A stretch of DNA of 64,000 nucleotides from Obrimoposthia wandeli (GCA_977020255.1 CDROCS010003853.1:186001-250000), one strand, 5' to 3'; positions 1-13,577 are shown, counted from the first letter of the stretch. The notes: generated by a model from the letters alone, not told the origin. Numbers and translations: made by a program.

Positions 1-1199
1 AAAAAACGTCAGAAAAAAATTTAAACAAGGAGACATGTGTAAGAAGGTCCAGAAACAGCAGTCATGTGCTGCAGTGGCGAATGGGTGGAACTCCAGAGTG
101 GAGATCCAAAACATACGACAAGTGGAAAAAAGACTGATCCTACATCATTTATCGGATAAGGAAATATTATCCAAACAATTAATATCTGATATTCTACAAC
201 ACTTTCTTGTTTTATCTAATGAATATTTTTAATTTTTATGTCTAAATATTATTTTAAAAAGTCAGTTATAAAAAAGAGTTTCTTTAAAATGAAATATAAA
301 TTAATTGGAATAGAATGAAAATGAAATTGTGTCCAAATTTAATTGAAAAATGGGAAAGAAATTATTTATCGATTAAGGATAATTCAAAAATTGATGCAGA
401 TAAATTATACAATTTACTTGCAAAATATTAAAGTAGGATTTTCATTAAATATTGGTTTATTGTACTGAGGAGATTTGAAAATAATTACTGACTTTAAAGT
501 GAAAAAAATAAATACAGTAAAATATTTATTTGTTAATATTTTTAGATTTTTTAAAAATTATTTGTTTCTTGATTTGGAAAAATTATAAACAAATATATTC
601 AGACTTTATTTTTGTTAATTATGTACGAATATTTATTGACTGACACTTTTATTAATAAAGAGAAAGACTATATTATAAAATAATTATGTGTTGATGATGT
701 CTGTAATCTTTTTATCCTTTACACAATATATTCATGCGAATACTCCATTTAAATATTTAGATTCTAAAATTAAATTACTAATTGCTGTGTTCTAGAATAT
801 GTTCACCGATGTTTTTTATTTAATTTTATTGGGTTTTTACACGAAAAATATATATAATTAATTTATTGAAAACCAAATTGAAAACTGATCAATAAAAAGT
901 TATTGAAAGTTATCTAACAAAACTCTCGCCAACAAATCTACCTCTCACCAATCATATCAATCAATCGTCGCCAACAAAACTACTAATATATCTACCTACC
1001 TTTTGTCACTCAAACCAAATTTGGAATTGGGACTTCGAATGGCCAAATCTAAGCTAAAACAATATTGTATCTAACAATTTCCATTCCGATTAATGTCAAA
1101 ACAAACAATCTCGTTGTTATTGAATTACAAATTGAAATCTAAAAATTAAAAAAATCAATCGCGTTGTTTTGTGACATTTTTAAGTTTATTCAAACTCGT

Positions 1200-1735
1200 G
1201 CGAGAGTAATTTTTAAAATCTCCTGGTGTATATGCTTTATTATATGAAGCTAGACATTTATATTTTAACTGTTGAGTTAACTGAGTCACTGAAATTTTTA
1301 TCAGAGAATGGACCTTATATTATGCATTTCTTTAGTTTACTAGTCTTGCATGGTCAAGTTCAATTAAAAAAATTAATATGACTTTGTTATTTTCAAATAA
1401 TACTTTCACTTCTTTATCTATACAATTGAAATATAATTTTCTTTTACTATCAAACCCAATCACAGCATTATTTTTTTCATAATATTTCATTTCTTTTGTA
1501 ACCCGCCAGTTTTGTATGCTCTAGTTAAAAACCTTCTTCTTATCGGCTTGTTCAGACTGTAGAATAACTGATCGCTCAGCCATTTCTGCATTTTCTTGTA
1601 ATTATGTCTTGTTCTTTTTGCAAAGTTTGGAACTCCTGTGCAGCTAATTGGATCTTTTGGATTGAACCAAATCTTCTCAATTACAACAATTTGAATATAT
1701 AGAGATTTTAAATTTAGGTAAAGAAGGGTTAGCAC
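1200..1735 (-). pseudogene. Maverick/Polinton retroviral-like integrase, N-terminal remnant (copy 1)
   Basis: IEKIWFNPKDPISCTGV...KWLSDQLFYSLNKPIRRRF matches the typical Polinton integrase N-terminus. It lies next to Polinton ATPase and core-protein remnants; downstream sequence is degenerate. Confidence 0.75.
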
Positions 1736-1789
1736 CCATATTTTCAGGTGATTTTTGAAATAATTGTTTATGTTCGTGTCGCAGCTATA

Positions 1790-2100
1790 ATACTACTGTT
1801 CATTGAAGCAGCAACTGAAATATCAGCTCCTATGAAACCACCATTATGTTTAAGAATAATATTTCGTTTCCCTTTTATACTATTTACATTAGCAATACCT
1901 AGAAAGGTTTTTATATATATTTTTTAATACATTTCTCCGTTTTCCAATTTTTACTTGGCCCAAAACTATATTATACAAAACTTCCAATAAATCATCTACA
2001 ACAAAAGATGGAAATTCTTTAAAAATACTCATTCTCTTATGAGAAGAGGCTTTGACCAAAGCTTTTAAATAGGGTATGCTTCTCTAAATTTTTTCATTTA
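1790..2100 (-). pseudogene. Maverick small basic core-like protein remnant with xGG/F protease site (copy 1)
   Basis: Minus-strand frames read PYLKALVKASSHKRMSIFKEFPSFVVDDLLEVLYNIVLGQVKIGKRRNVLKK and KRNIILKHNGGFIGA, resembling the Polinton basic protein that ends ...GGFLGAL. Confidence 0.6.
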
Positions 2101-2272
2101 AAAAAATGTTCAATTTGAACATTGTTTATATTCGAAGCCATTTAAGTTTTCTTTTATTTCTAACTACAGATTTGATTAATTTATTATCTTATTTTTTCTT
2201 AATGATTCTTTTTTTTATTTCTTAGGCTTTACTTTACGTTTCACTATCAACTTTTTAAAAGGCATTGCAAAT

Positions 2273-2910
2273 TTATTTTTTATAATTTTTCTCTATTTGT
2301 TTATAAACAGTTACTCCCTTAGAATTAAATATGTATGTTAAAAAACGTAAATCATCTGGGCAAGCTTGTGTAAAGTCAATAAATATATACACATATGCTT
2401 GTTTAGCAGCATCATGGAATGAATCAACTAGAAAGTTCTTATTTTGGGGAAATGCCTGTCTGGCCACGAAATCAACAACTGTTTGATCTCTAGGATTTTT
2501 AAAGAAAACTAAGTAATGTACTTTAACATTTCTTGTTCTATGATGACCTCCTTGATGAAAAATATTTTAAGTTATAAATATAACTGTTATTTCACGATGT
2601 CTTGCAATCTTTGTAAATAAATTATTAAAGTCCGAATCCTTGTTAGCTTCCTGATACAAATCATCAATTATTATTACATCTTCTTTTTTCAATCTTTCAC
2701 ACCAATTTGCATTAAATACATCAATAAATTTTATTCCCTTCAACTTGCAAACATCTGTTTGGGTTGTCCACTTTCCCCTCCACCACCATGATGCCAATAA
2801 ATATTTTTGAAAATAGATTGGAAAGGAAAATTATTTTGTAACAATTTACATGCGAAATGTGTTTTTACACTTCCACTGGAACCAACTGTTTGAAATATGG
2901 CATTATTATT
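2273..2910 (-). pseudogene. Maverick/Polinton FtsK/A32-like packaging ATPase, frameshifted (copy 1)
   Basis: Walker A remnant VGSSGSVKT (~2866-2892), Walker B IIIDDL, then ARHREITVIFIT, YLVFFKNPRD and YIFIDFTQACPDDLRF. Confidence 0.9.
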
Positions 2911-2953
2911 TAGCTCCATTACATATACTCTTTCATATTTAATATTGTTTATA

Positions 2954-3218
2954 TTACCATAGAAGTTTCCTTATTGAAATGTATAATTTCAGAGCTACAG
3001 CAGATGAAATACAAAATTTAATTAATGAATATTTGGCTATAATTTTATTTATTTGTGTTCGATTTCTAAATTTTCGAATGACATGTGATCTAAACAATAT
3101 TATCTCTTGTAGTATCATTATTTTTAATTCGGATAAAATTTGTTTACTCCTTATTTTTCCATAAAAAACTTTTATCAAAACGATCCACTTCATTGTCTGT
3201 ATTTATAGTATTATTCAT
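2954..3218 (-). pseudogene. Small Maverick-associated ORF with C-terminal hydrophobic segment (copy 1, frameshifted)
   Basis: Lies directly upstream of the ATPase on the same strand and ends ...KYSLIKFCISSAVALKLYISIRKLLW. Homologous to 9641-9916. Confidence 0.4.
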
Positions 3219-3343
3219 TTGAAACAACAGGTTTAGACGGGTTTGTTTATAAAAAGATAACAAATATAATAAAATATATTTTCTAAAATCGATTCAATAG
3301 TGTATCAATTATATATTTTAAAGTTAAAAACACGATTCTAAAA

Positions 3344-3880
3344 GGCATGTAATTAACAGGACACTTAATTTACTATTTTTGGCAATTAAATTTCTACTTT
3401 GGGCATTTAAATTACTACTTTGGGCATTTAAATTACTACTTTGAGCATTTAAATTACTACTTTGGGCATTTAAATTATATTTTGGGCATTTAAATTACTA
3501 CTTTGAGCATTTAAATTACTACTTTGGGCATTTAAATTACTATTTAGCAATTTAAATGCTAATTTAGAAATTTAAATGCCAATTTAGCAATTTAAATGCC
3601 CAAAAAGAAGTAATTTAAATGCCCAAAGTAGTAATTTTAATGCCCAAAGTAGCAAATTAAATGCCAAATAGTAGTAATTTAAATGCCAAAAGATACCAAT
3701 TTAAATGCCAAAAACTAGTAAATTAAATGCCGTTTTTTTAATGCCAAATAGTAGTAATTTAAATGCCAAAAGATACCAATTTAAATGCCAAAAACTAGTG
3801 AATTAAATGCCGTTTTTAAATGCCCAAAGTGGTAATTTAAATGCCAAAAGTAGTTTTTAAATGCCCCAAAAAATATAACC
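3344..3880. mobile_element. Non-autonomous foldback/MULE-like element (copy 1)
   Basis: GG...CC ends, 10-bp direct repeat GATTCTAAAA at 3334-3343 and 3881-3890. Arms are inverted arrays of a 21-bp unit CTTTGGGCATTTAAATTACTA. Confidence 0.8.
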
Positions 3881-4849
3881 GATTCTAAAATATTTCCAAT
3901 GCTTGTTTTCATCCTTTATTCAACTTGATTGAAATTTTACCCATTGATAAAATACTGCTCAACTGTTTTATTTCCAAAGTTTTTGGTGAGGAATAAAATT
4001 ATTTATCGTGTAATTAAACATTACGTGCATTATATTTTCTGTTTTATATTTTACTATGATAATCAAATGATTCCCTTCAGTATTTTGATTGCATAGGGAG
4101 TTCTCTATATGTTGGAGTAGAGTAACTGGTGAGCTATGCTTGTGCTATATTCTGTAAGTGTAATATATAGTTTATTTTAACACCTTTTAGGTGATGTATA
4201 TCTCATCAAAGCCAACAATCAGTATTATCATTGGTTTGAGCTCACAAACGCATTACCCTTACAAGAAGCCGATATAAATATTTATAGATACATCTCACTC
4301 GCTTTTACACAATACTCCACAATGATACTTAAAGAAGCAGCAAATGATTCGGCAGAGTACTGCACACATTGTCTTTAAAATTAAAAAATACTTAAAATAA
4401 CCAATTAAAATAGATTGATTGGTTGCCTGTTGGAGCAAGAATAAAAATATAAAATAATGACGATTTTATCGAAGTGTTTATTAAACCTATTAAATGCATA
4501 AATATATAGGCTAAATTTGCCTTAATATTTTATTTAATAATCACAATAGACAACCTTATGAATCTATGATTTTTTATACATGATTCGTGCTATACACCAT
4601 AATCGTTTAAACACTTATTGTGTAAATTTGTTTATAGATACATTAAACTTTGGTACATAACTAACCTAAAATGTGAAGAGCTGATATTATCTCGATGCAT
4701 TTTTCAACATCTCATATCCAAATTTATGTTACACCTCAAATATATGAAATATTCACCATATAAATATATTTTTACATACATTATACTGTTAATAATTAAA
4801 TAATAAATTAATAAATATGTCTCAAATTACCCTGATTGTCATGACGTGT

Positions 4850-5200
4850 TTCTCTTGTTGGTGTCACTGTGGGTTAGCTCTGTCATTTTAGCGAGGAAAG
4901 CAAACCCAATCTTTTCTGAAAGAGTTAGTCTTACGGACGTTCAAGAGATAGCTGATAGTTGAACCGGGTGTTTACATATCAGACATCAAGTCAATAGAGA
5001 ACAATCTGAGAGCACCACATTTTCTCTCTCAGATTCGTCCTGCAGTTTGTAACGTTGCATCCCAAATGCTCACACCACCAGTCGTTGTATTGTAGTGTTT
5101 GACAACGGCTGGCCGAAGAGTTCAATTTGACGTGAATGTTGGGATGTGTTTGTTACCAGTTCCATGCTATATACAGATGATGCTCCTCCAAGCCACGAAA
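4850..5200 (-). pseudogene. piggyBac-type transposase C-terminal remnant (copy 1)
   Basis: RPAVVKHYNTTTGGVSIWD (~5060-5120) resembles the piggyBac KP..V..YN...GGVD..D motif; highly degenerate. Confidence 0.55.
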
Positions 5201-5669
5201 TGAATATATTATTGATTGTCTGTTATACCTTTGTTGAATAGCACAATATTTTTGTAAACCACTAAATGTGTAACAAACAGCAACTACATAACTTGTAATT
5301 ATGTGTATTTATCTGGGGTGAAAACACTTATTCGTACAATGATCGTTGAAATGATCATGTGAATATATTGTATACCAAGTTTATACTAAACATTATATAA
5401 CTATGCTTAACTAATTTAAGCTATTACTTAACAAGTATACTAAAAAAATAATGATCAATAAAAATATTTACCTTTGCTGCTCACTGTCTCTTCGTGGTAT
5501 GTGTGGAAATTTGAATTTTAAAATGCAAGCTAATATTTTTGTTCAATATATATTAAAACAAACAATAATATTTTTTAATATTACATCTATGATAACTATG
5601 GTACTTTGAAACCGTTTAATAAAGTTCGTGACGTGGCGTGTAGACCTTTTTGAAAAGGCATTTTTGTTG

Positions 5670-5930
5670 ATAATGAGTTAAAGAAACCACCAGCATATCT
5701 TTGTGAACTAATGATACAATAAAAGATTCAAACTGTAATAAATTTGACAAATTACAAAACAAAAAGTAAATTAGAAATTAAATCTAAAAGGAAAAATATT
5801 TTCAACATTTGTTCAAAAGGTGTATAAGACACTTTCCAAAGAAAACCATGAAAGTCCAAAGTACCGAACTTTAATCGGCAAATTAAATCACACTTATTGA
5901 ACTTGTGTTACGAGCTGCTAATTAATTTAT
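5670..5930 (+). mobile_element. L2/CR1-like LINE 3' end remnant (copy 1)
   Basis: KKPPAYLCELM ... NFNRQIKSHLLN resemble C-terminal motifs of L2/CR1 ORF2; no RT core visible. Confidence 0.4.
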
Positions 5931-7889
5931 TAAGAAATAAAGTTAAAATATCTGGAGAAAAAATTTATATTTGTTTTAATAATCCTTCAATTACCCGTGT
6001 TATTACTGAGAAACCATTTTACTATAAATATGTAATAAAATGACAACGGGACTTGACTTTTTCACTACATACTAATAAAATAGGTTATTAAAATATCGAT
6101 ATTTTCCGCTCACACTTAGGGTATACCTCATCATTTTGATATCTAAGATCTTTAATATATATCTGGGATTTTGATGTCGATACTAATGATGATTTTGTTA
6201 ATCTATAATATAAATTATATGCAATAATATATGTTAATTTAGTTAGTGAAGTTAGTAAATAAATTATTTTATAAATTTTATAATAATAATATATATATAC
6301 AAGTTTTTTTTAAATTATGATTAATTAACATAAAACAAACAGTTATATAAATAATCATTTTACATAGCATTTATTTCATACAAATTAATAATTTTTTAAT
6401 GCAAATAATTAGAAAATATTTTTTAGTTTCTTAAATAATTTTTTATCGTAAATAAAATAAAATGTAACATTATGAATAATTATATTTATTATTCTTGTTA
6501 AATTGCTTACTTAATTTCATATAAATAAATTTTACTTATTCTTTTTGTAATTTGCATATATTTTATTTATAAATTGAAATGAAAAATATTAAATAGTAAT
6601 ATCACTGAATTAAAAGCATTTAGATAAAAAAAATTTAGAGTGTCAACATTTAATTCTGTTCATCATTTACAAATAATGAAATTTAAAAAAAAACGTCAGA
6701 AAAAAATTTAAACAAGGAGACATGTGTAAGAAGGTCCAGAAACAGCAGTCATGTGCTGCAGTGGCGAATGGGTGGAACTCCAGAGTGGAGATCCAAAACA
6801 TACGACAAGTGGAAAAAAGACTGATCCTACATCATTTATCGGATAAGGAAATATTATCCAAACAATTAATATCTGATATTCTACAACACTTTCTTGTTTT
6901 ATCTAATGAATATTTTTAATTTTTATGTCTAAATATTATTTTAAAAAGTCAGTTATAAAAAAGAGTTTCTTTAAAATGAAATATAAATTAATTGGAATAG
7001 AATGAAAATGAAATTGTGTCCAAATTTAATTGAAAAATGGGAAAGAAATTATTTATCGATTAAGGATAATTCAAAAATTGATGCAGATAAATTATACAAT
7101 TTACTTGCAAAATATTAAAGTAGGATTTTCATTAAATATTGGTTTATTGTACTGAGGAGATTTGAAAATAATTACTGACTTTAAAGTGAAAAAAATAAAT
7201 ACAGTAAAATATTTATTTGTTAATATTTTTAGAATTTTAAAAATTATTTGTTTCTTGATTTGGAAAAATTATAAACAAATATATTCAGACTTTATTTTTG
7301 TTAATTATGTACGAATATTTATTGACTGACACTTTTATTAATAAAGAGAAAGACTATATTATAAAATAATTATGTGTTGATGATGTCTGTAATCTTTTTA
7401 TCCTTTACACAATATATTCATGCGAATACTCCATTTAAATATTCAGATTCTAAAATTAAATTACTAATTGCTGTGTTCTAGAATATGTTCACCGATGTTT
7501 TTTATTTAATTTTATTGGGTTTTTACACGAAAAATATATATAATTAATTTATTGAAAACCAAATTGAAAACTGATCAATAAAAAGTTATTGAAAGTTATC
7601 TAACAAAACTCTCGCCAACAAATCTACCTCTCACCAATCATATCAATCAATCGTCGCCAACAAAACTACTAATATATCTACCTACCTTTTGTCACTCAAA
7701 CCAAATTTGGAATTGGGACTTCGAATGGCCAAATCTAAGCTAAAACAATATTGTATCTAACAATTTCCATTCCGATTAATGTCAAAACAAACAATCTCGT
7801 TGTTATTGAATTACAAATTGAAATCTAAAAATTAAAAAAATCAATCGCGTTGTTTTGTGACATTTTTAAGTTTATTCAAACTCGTGCGA

Positions 7890-8421
7890 GAGTAATTTTT
7901 AAAATCTCCTGGTGTATATGCTTTATTATATGAAGCTAGACATTTATATTTTAACTGTTGAGTTAACTGAGTCACTGAAATTTTTATCAAAGAATGGACC
8001 TTATATTATGCATTTCTTTAGTTTACTAGTCTTGCATGGTCAAGTTCAATTAAAAAAATTAATATGACTTTGTTATTTTCAAATAATACTTTCACTTCTT
8101 TATCTATACAATTGAAATATAATTTTCTTTTACTATCAAACCCAATCACAGCATTATTTTTTTCATAATATTTCATTTCTTTTGTAACCCGCCAGTTTTG
8201 TATGCTCTAGTTAAAAACCTTCTTCTTATCGGCTTGTTCAGACTGTAGAATAACTGATCGCTCAGCCATTTCTGCATTTTCTTGTAATTATGTCTTGTTC
8301 TTTTTGCAAAGTTTGGAACTCCTGTGCAGCTAATTGGATCTTTTGGATTGAACCAAATCTTCTCAATTACAACAATTTGAATATATAGAGATTTTAAATT
8401 TAGGTAAAGAAGGGTTAGCAC
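7890..8421 (-). pseudogene. Maverick integrase N-terminal remnant (copy 2)
   Basis: Identical translation to 1487-1735. Confidence 0.75.
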
Positions 8422-8475
8422 CCATATTTTCAGGTGATTTTTGAAATAATTGTTTATGTTCGTGTCGCAGCTATA

Positions 8476-8790
8476 ATACTACTGTTCATTGAAGCAGCAA
8501 CTGAAATATCAGCTCCTATGAAACCACCATTATGTTTAAGAATAATATTTCGTTTCCCTTTTATACTATTTACATTAGCAATACCTAGAAAGGTTTTTAT
8601 ATATATTTTTTAATACATTTCTCCGTTTTCCAATTTTTACTTGGCCCAAAACTATATTATACAAAACTTCCAATAAATCATCTACAACAAAAGATGGAAA
8701 TTCTTTAAAAATACTCATTCTCTTATGAGAAGAGGCTTTGACCAAAGCTTTTAAATAGGGTATGCTTCTCTAAATTTTTTTCATTTAAAA
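8476..8790 (-). pseudogene. Maverick core-like protein remnant (copy 2)
   Basis: Duplicate of 1790-2100. Confidence 0.6.
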
Positions 8791-8959
8791 AAATGTTCAA
8801 TTTGAACATTGTTTATATTCGAAGCCATTTAAGTTTTCTTTTATTTCTAACTACAGATTTGATTAATTTATTATCTTATTTTTTCTTAATGATTCTTTTT
8901 TTTATTTCTTAGGCTTTACTTTACGTTTCACTATCAACTTTTTAAAAGGCATTGCAAAT

Positions 8960-9597
8960 TTATTTTTTATAATTTTTCTCTATTTGTTTATAAACAGTTA
9001 CTCCCTTAGAATTAAATATGTATGTTAAAAAACGTAAATCATCTGGGCAAGCTTGTGTAAAGTCAATAAATATATACACATATGCTTGTTTAGCAGCATC
9101 ATGGAATGAATCAACTAGAAAGTTCTTATTTTGGGGAAATGCCTGTCTGGCCACGAAATCAACAACTGTTTGATCTCTAGGATTTTTAAAGAAAACTAAG
9201 TAATGTACTTTAACATTTCTTGTTCTATGATGACCTCCTTGATGAAAAATATTTTAAGTTATAAATATAACTGTTACTTCACGATGTCTTGCAATCTTTG
9301 TAAATAAATTATTAAAGTCCGAATCCTTGTTAGCTTCCTGATACAAATCATCAATTATTATTACATCTTCTTTTTTCAATCTTTCACACCAATTTGCATT
9401 AAATACATCAATAAATTTTATTCCCTTCAACTTGCAAACATCTGTTTGGGTTGTCCACTTTCCCCTCCACCACCATGATGCCAATAAATATTTTTGAAAA
9501 TAGATTGGAAAGGAAAATTATTTTGTAACAATTTACATGCGAAATGTGTTTTTACACTTCCACTGGAACCAACTGTTTGAAATATGGCATTATTATT
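8960..9597 (-). pseudogene. Maverick packaging ATPase, frameshifted (copy 2)
   Basis: Duplicate of 2273-2910 (ARHREVTVIFIT instead of ARHREITVIFIT). Confidence 0.9.
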
Positions 9598-9640
9598 TAG
9601 CTCCATTACATATACTCTTTCATATTTAATATTGTTTATA

Positions 9641-9916
9641 TTACCATAGAAGTTGTCTTATTGAAAAGTATAATACCAGAGCTACTGTAGATGAAATACA
9701 AAAATTAATTAATGAATATTTGACTATAATTTTATTTATTTGTGTTCGATTTCTAAATTTTCGAATAACATGTGATCTAAACAATATTTCAATATTATCT
9801 CTTGTTATATCATTATTTTTTAATTCTAATAAAATTTATTTACAATTATTTTATCCGGAAACAAATTCGTCGACAAAGCGATCCACTTCATTGTCTCTAT
9901 TTATAGTATTATTCAT
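9641..9916 (-). pseudogene. Small Maverick-associated TM ORF (copy 2, different variant)
   Basis: 92-codon frame MNNTINRDNEVDRFVDEF...CISSTVALVLYFSIRQLLW with two internal stops; clearly diverged from copy 1. Confidence 0.4.
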
Positions 9917-10042
9917 TTAAAACAACAGGTTTAGACGGGTTTGTTTATAAAAAAGATAACAAATATAATAAAATATATTTTCTAAAATCGATTCAATAGT
10001 GTATCAATTATATATTTTAAAGTTAAAAACACGATTCTAAAA

Positions 10043-10583
10043 GGCATGTAATTAACAGGACACTTAATTTACTATTTTTTGGCAATTAAATTTCTACTTT
10101 GGGCATTTAAATTACTACTTTGGGCATTTAAATTACTACTTTGAGCATTTAAATTACTACTTTGGGCATTTAAATTACTATTTTGGGCATTTAAATTACT
10201 ACTTTGAGCATTTAAATTACTACTTTGGGCATTTAAATTACTATTTAGCAATTTAAATGCTAATTTAGAAATTTAAATGCCAATTTAGCAATTTAAATGC
10301 CCAAAAAGAAGTAATTTAAATGCCCAAAGTAGTAATTTTAATGCCCAAAGTAGCAAATTAAATGCCAAATAGTAGTAATTTAAATGCCAAAAGATACCAA
10401 TTTAAATGCCAAAAACTAGTAAATTAAATGCCGTTTTTTTAATGCCAAATAGTAGTAATTTAAATGCCAAAAGATACCAATTTAAATGCCAAAAACTAGT
10501 AAATTAAATGCCGTTTTTTAAATGCCCAAAGTGGTAATTTAAATGCCAAAAGTAGTTTTTTAAATTCCCCAAAAAATATAACC
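10043..10583. mobile_element. Foldback/MULE-like element (copy 2)
   Basis: Same structure and GATTCTAAAA flanks (10033-10042, 10584-10593). Confidence 0.8.
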
Positions 10584-11549
10584 GATTCTAAAATATTTCC
10601 AATGCTTGTTTTCATCCTTTATTCAACTTGATTGAAATTTTACCCATTGATAAAATACTGCTCAACTGTTTTATTTCCAAAGTTTTTGGTGAGGAATAAA
10701 ATTATTTATCGTGTAATTAAACATTACGTGCATTATATTTTCTGTTTTATATTTTACTATGATAATCAAATGATTCCCTTCAGTATTTTGATTGCATAGG
10801 GAGTTCTCTATATGTTGGAGTAGAGTAACTGGTGAGCTATGCTTGTGCTATATTCTGTAAGTGTAATATATAGTTTATTTTAACACCTTTTAGGTGATGT
10901 ATATCTCATCAAAGCCAACAATCAGTATTATCATTGGTTTGAGCTCACAAACGCATTACCCTTACAAGAAGCCGATATAAATATTTATAGATACATCTCA
11001 CTCGCTTTTACACAATACTCCACAATGATACTTAAAGAAGCAGCAAATGATTCGGCAGAGTACTGCACACATTGTCTTTAAAATTAAAAAATACTTAAAA
11101 TAACCAATTAAAATAGATTGATTGGTTGCCTGTTGGAGCAAGAATAAAAATATAAAATAATGACGATTTTATCGAAGTGTTTATTAAACCTATTAAATGC
11201 ATAAATATATAGGCTAAATTTGCCTTAATATTTTATTTAATAATCACAATAGACAACCTTATGAATCTATGATTTTTTATACATGATTCGTGCTATACAC
11301 CATAATCGTTTAAACACTTATTGTGTAAATTTGTTTATAGATACATTAAACTTTGGTACATAACTAACCTAAAATGTGAAGAGCTGATATTATCTCGATG
11401 CATTTTTCAACATCTCATATCCAAATTTATGTTACACCTCAAATATATGAAATATTCACCATATAAATATATTTTTTACATACATTATACTGTTAATAAT
11501 TAAATAATAAATTAATAAATATGTCTCAAATTACCCTGATTGTCATGAC

Positions 11550-11900
11550 GTGTTTCTCTTGTTGGTGTCACTGTGGGTTAGCTCTGTCATTTTAGCGAGG
11601 AAAGCAAACCCAATCTTTTCTGAAAGAGTTAGTCTTACGGACGTTCAAGAGATAGCTGATAGTTGAACCGGGTGTTTACATATCAGACATCAAGTCAATA
11701 GAGAACAATCTGAGAGCACCACATTTTCTCTCTCAGATTCGTCCTGCAGTTTGTAACGTTGCATCCCAAATGCTCACACCACCAGTCGTTGTATTGTAGT
11801 GTTTGACAACGGCTGGCCGAAAGTTCAATTTGACGTGAATGTTGGGATGTGTTTGTTACCAGTTCCATGCTATATACAGATGATGCTCCTCCAAGCCACG
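11550..11900 (-). pseudogene. piggyBac transposase remnant (copy 2)
   Basis: Duplicate of 4850-5200. Confidence 0.5.
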
Positions 11901-12371
11901 AAATGAATATATTATTGATTGTCTGTTATACCTTTGTTGAATAGCACAATATTTTTGTAAACCACTAAATGTGTAACAAACAGCAACTACATAACTTGTA
12001 ATTATGTGTATTTATCTGGGGTGAAAACACTTATTCGTACAATGATCGTTGAAATGATCATGTGAATATATTGTATACCAAGTTTATACTAAACATTATA
12101 TAACTATGCTTAACTAATTTAAGCTATTACTTAACAAGTATACTAAAAAAATAATGATCAATAAAAATATTTACCTTTGCTGCTCACTGTCTCTTCGTGG
12201 TATGTGTGGAAATTTGAATTTTTAAAATGCAAGCTAATATTTTTGTTCAATATATATTAAAAACAAACAATAATATTTTTTAATATTACATCTATGATAA
12301 CTATGGTACTTTGAAACCGTTTAATAAAGTTCGTGACGTGGCGTGTAGACCTTTTTGAAAAGGCATTTTTG

Positions 12372-12635
12372 TTGATAATGAGTTAAAGAAACCACCAGCA
12401 TATCTTTGTGAACTAATGATACAATAAAAGATTCAAACTGTAATAAATTTGACAAATTACAAAACAAAAAGTAAATTAGAAATTAAATCTAAAAGGAAAA
12501 ATATTTTCAACATTTGTTCAAAAGGTGTATAAGACACTTTCCAAAGAAAACCATGAAAGTCCAAAGTACCGAACTTTAATCGGCAAATTAAATCACACTT
12601 ATTGAACTTGTGTTACGAGCTGCTAATTAATTTAT
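12372..12635 (+). mobile_element. L2/CR1-like LINE 3' remnant (copy 2)
   Basis: Duplicate of 5670-5930. Confidence 0.4.
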
Positions 12636-13577
12636 TAAGAAATAAAGTTAAAATATCTGGTGAAAAAATTTATATTTGTTTTAATAATCCTTCAATTACC
12701 CGTGTTATTACTGAGAAACCATTTTACTATAAATATGTAATAAAATGACAACGGGACTTGACTTTTTCACTACATACTAATAAAATAGGTTATTAAAATA
12801 TCGATATTTTCCGCTCACACTTAGGGTATACCTCATCCTTTTGATATCTAAGATCTTTAATATATATCAAAATAACATATACTCACCAGGTTTCAGCTTC
12901 ATATAACTTAAGAGACATTTTCCAATAAATCAATAATCAAAATATTATTGACCACTGTATTCCCTTATGTGATTTGAAACCGAAAATATTATTGACCATT
13001 GTATACCCTATGTGATTTGAAACCGAAATTTATTTTCACAAATTTTATCATATATGTACATCAGGTACATCAGGATGTCAATGTTTTTAATTTTTTTACA
13101 AACATAATTTCGTCACTTGTATTTTTAGAAATAGAATTTAAAATTATGAATGGTGATGTATTTGTTTTAATACATTCGACCAGTTGCGTTAGAGTATTTA
13201 AAAAGTTCAATTATATTAAAAAATATTCCATTTTAATATTCCAATACATAATCTTGCATTAAATATCAATATCTCAATTCAATTAAAGTTATGAACATAA
13301 ATTGAATAAATACAATTGTACATCAATATAACACTCCTACCTCGAAAACCTCCAAATAACCTTAATCGCAGAATTAATTGCTTATACAATGGATATTCAT
13401 CAGGTGTGACAAGGTGTTGCAGATCATTAAGTTAATATTTCATTTGAATTGTTACTTTATGTAAATATAACTTATTTGATGTTAAAATCAACGTTATCAA
13501 AGAATAGAAGATAATGTATAAGTATAAAACTAAAATAAAATATATTAATAAATATATAAAATATAAAATACAGTTAC

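Larger units (their letters stand above)
1..12868. repeat. Tandem segmental duplication, period ~6.69-6.70 kb (1-6163 repeated at 6688-12868)
   Basis: Identical ORFs recur at offset 6686-6687 (35/6722, 1487/8173, 2273/8960, 2567/9254) and 6703 (4618/11321). Homology stops at ...TTTAATATATATC (6163 / 12868). Copy 1 probably starts left of the window. Confidence 0.97.

Noticed and set aside
35-232. 65-aa ORF (and its copy at 6722-6919)
   Set aside because: Short, no motif; its recurrence is explained by the duplication alone.
465-480. Other CTGANGA...GAAA motifs (e.g. 465, 14113, 18743; minus strand 23925, 27328)
   Set aside because: No stems I-III can form around them, so they are not hammerheads.
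4096-4375. Possible spliced exons (GTAAGT...TTTTAG at ~4156-4190; DVYLIKANNQYYHWFEL)
   Set aside because: Splicing gives stops in each frame tried and no family was recognised.
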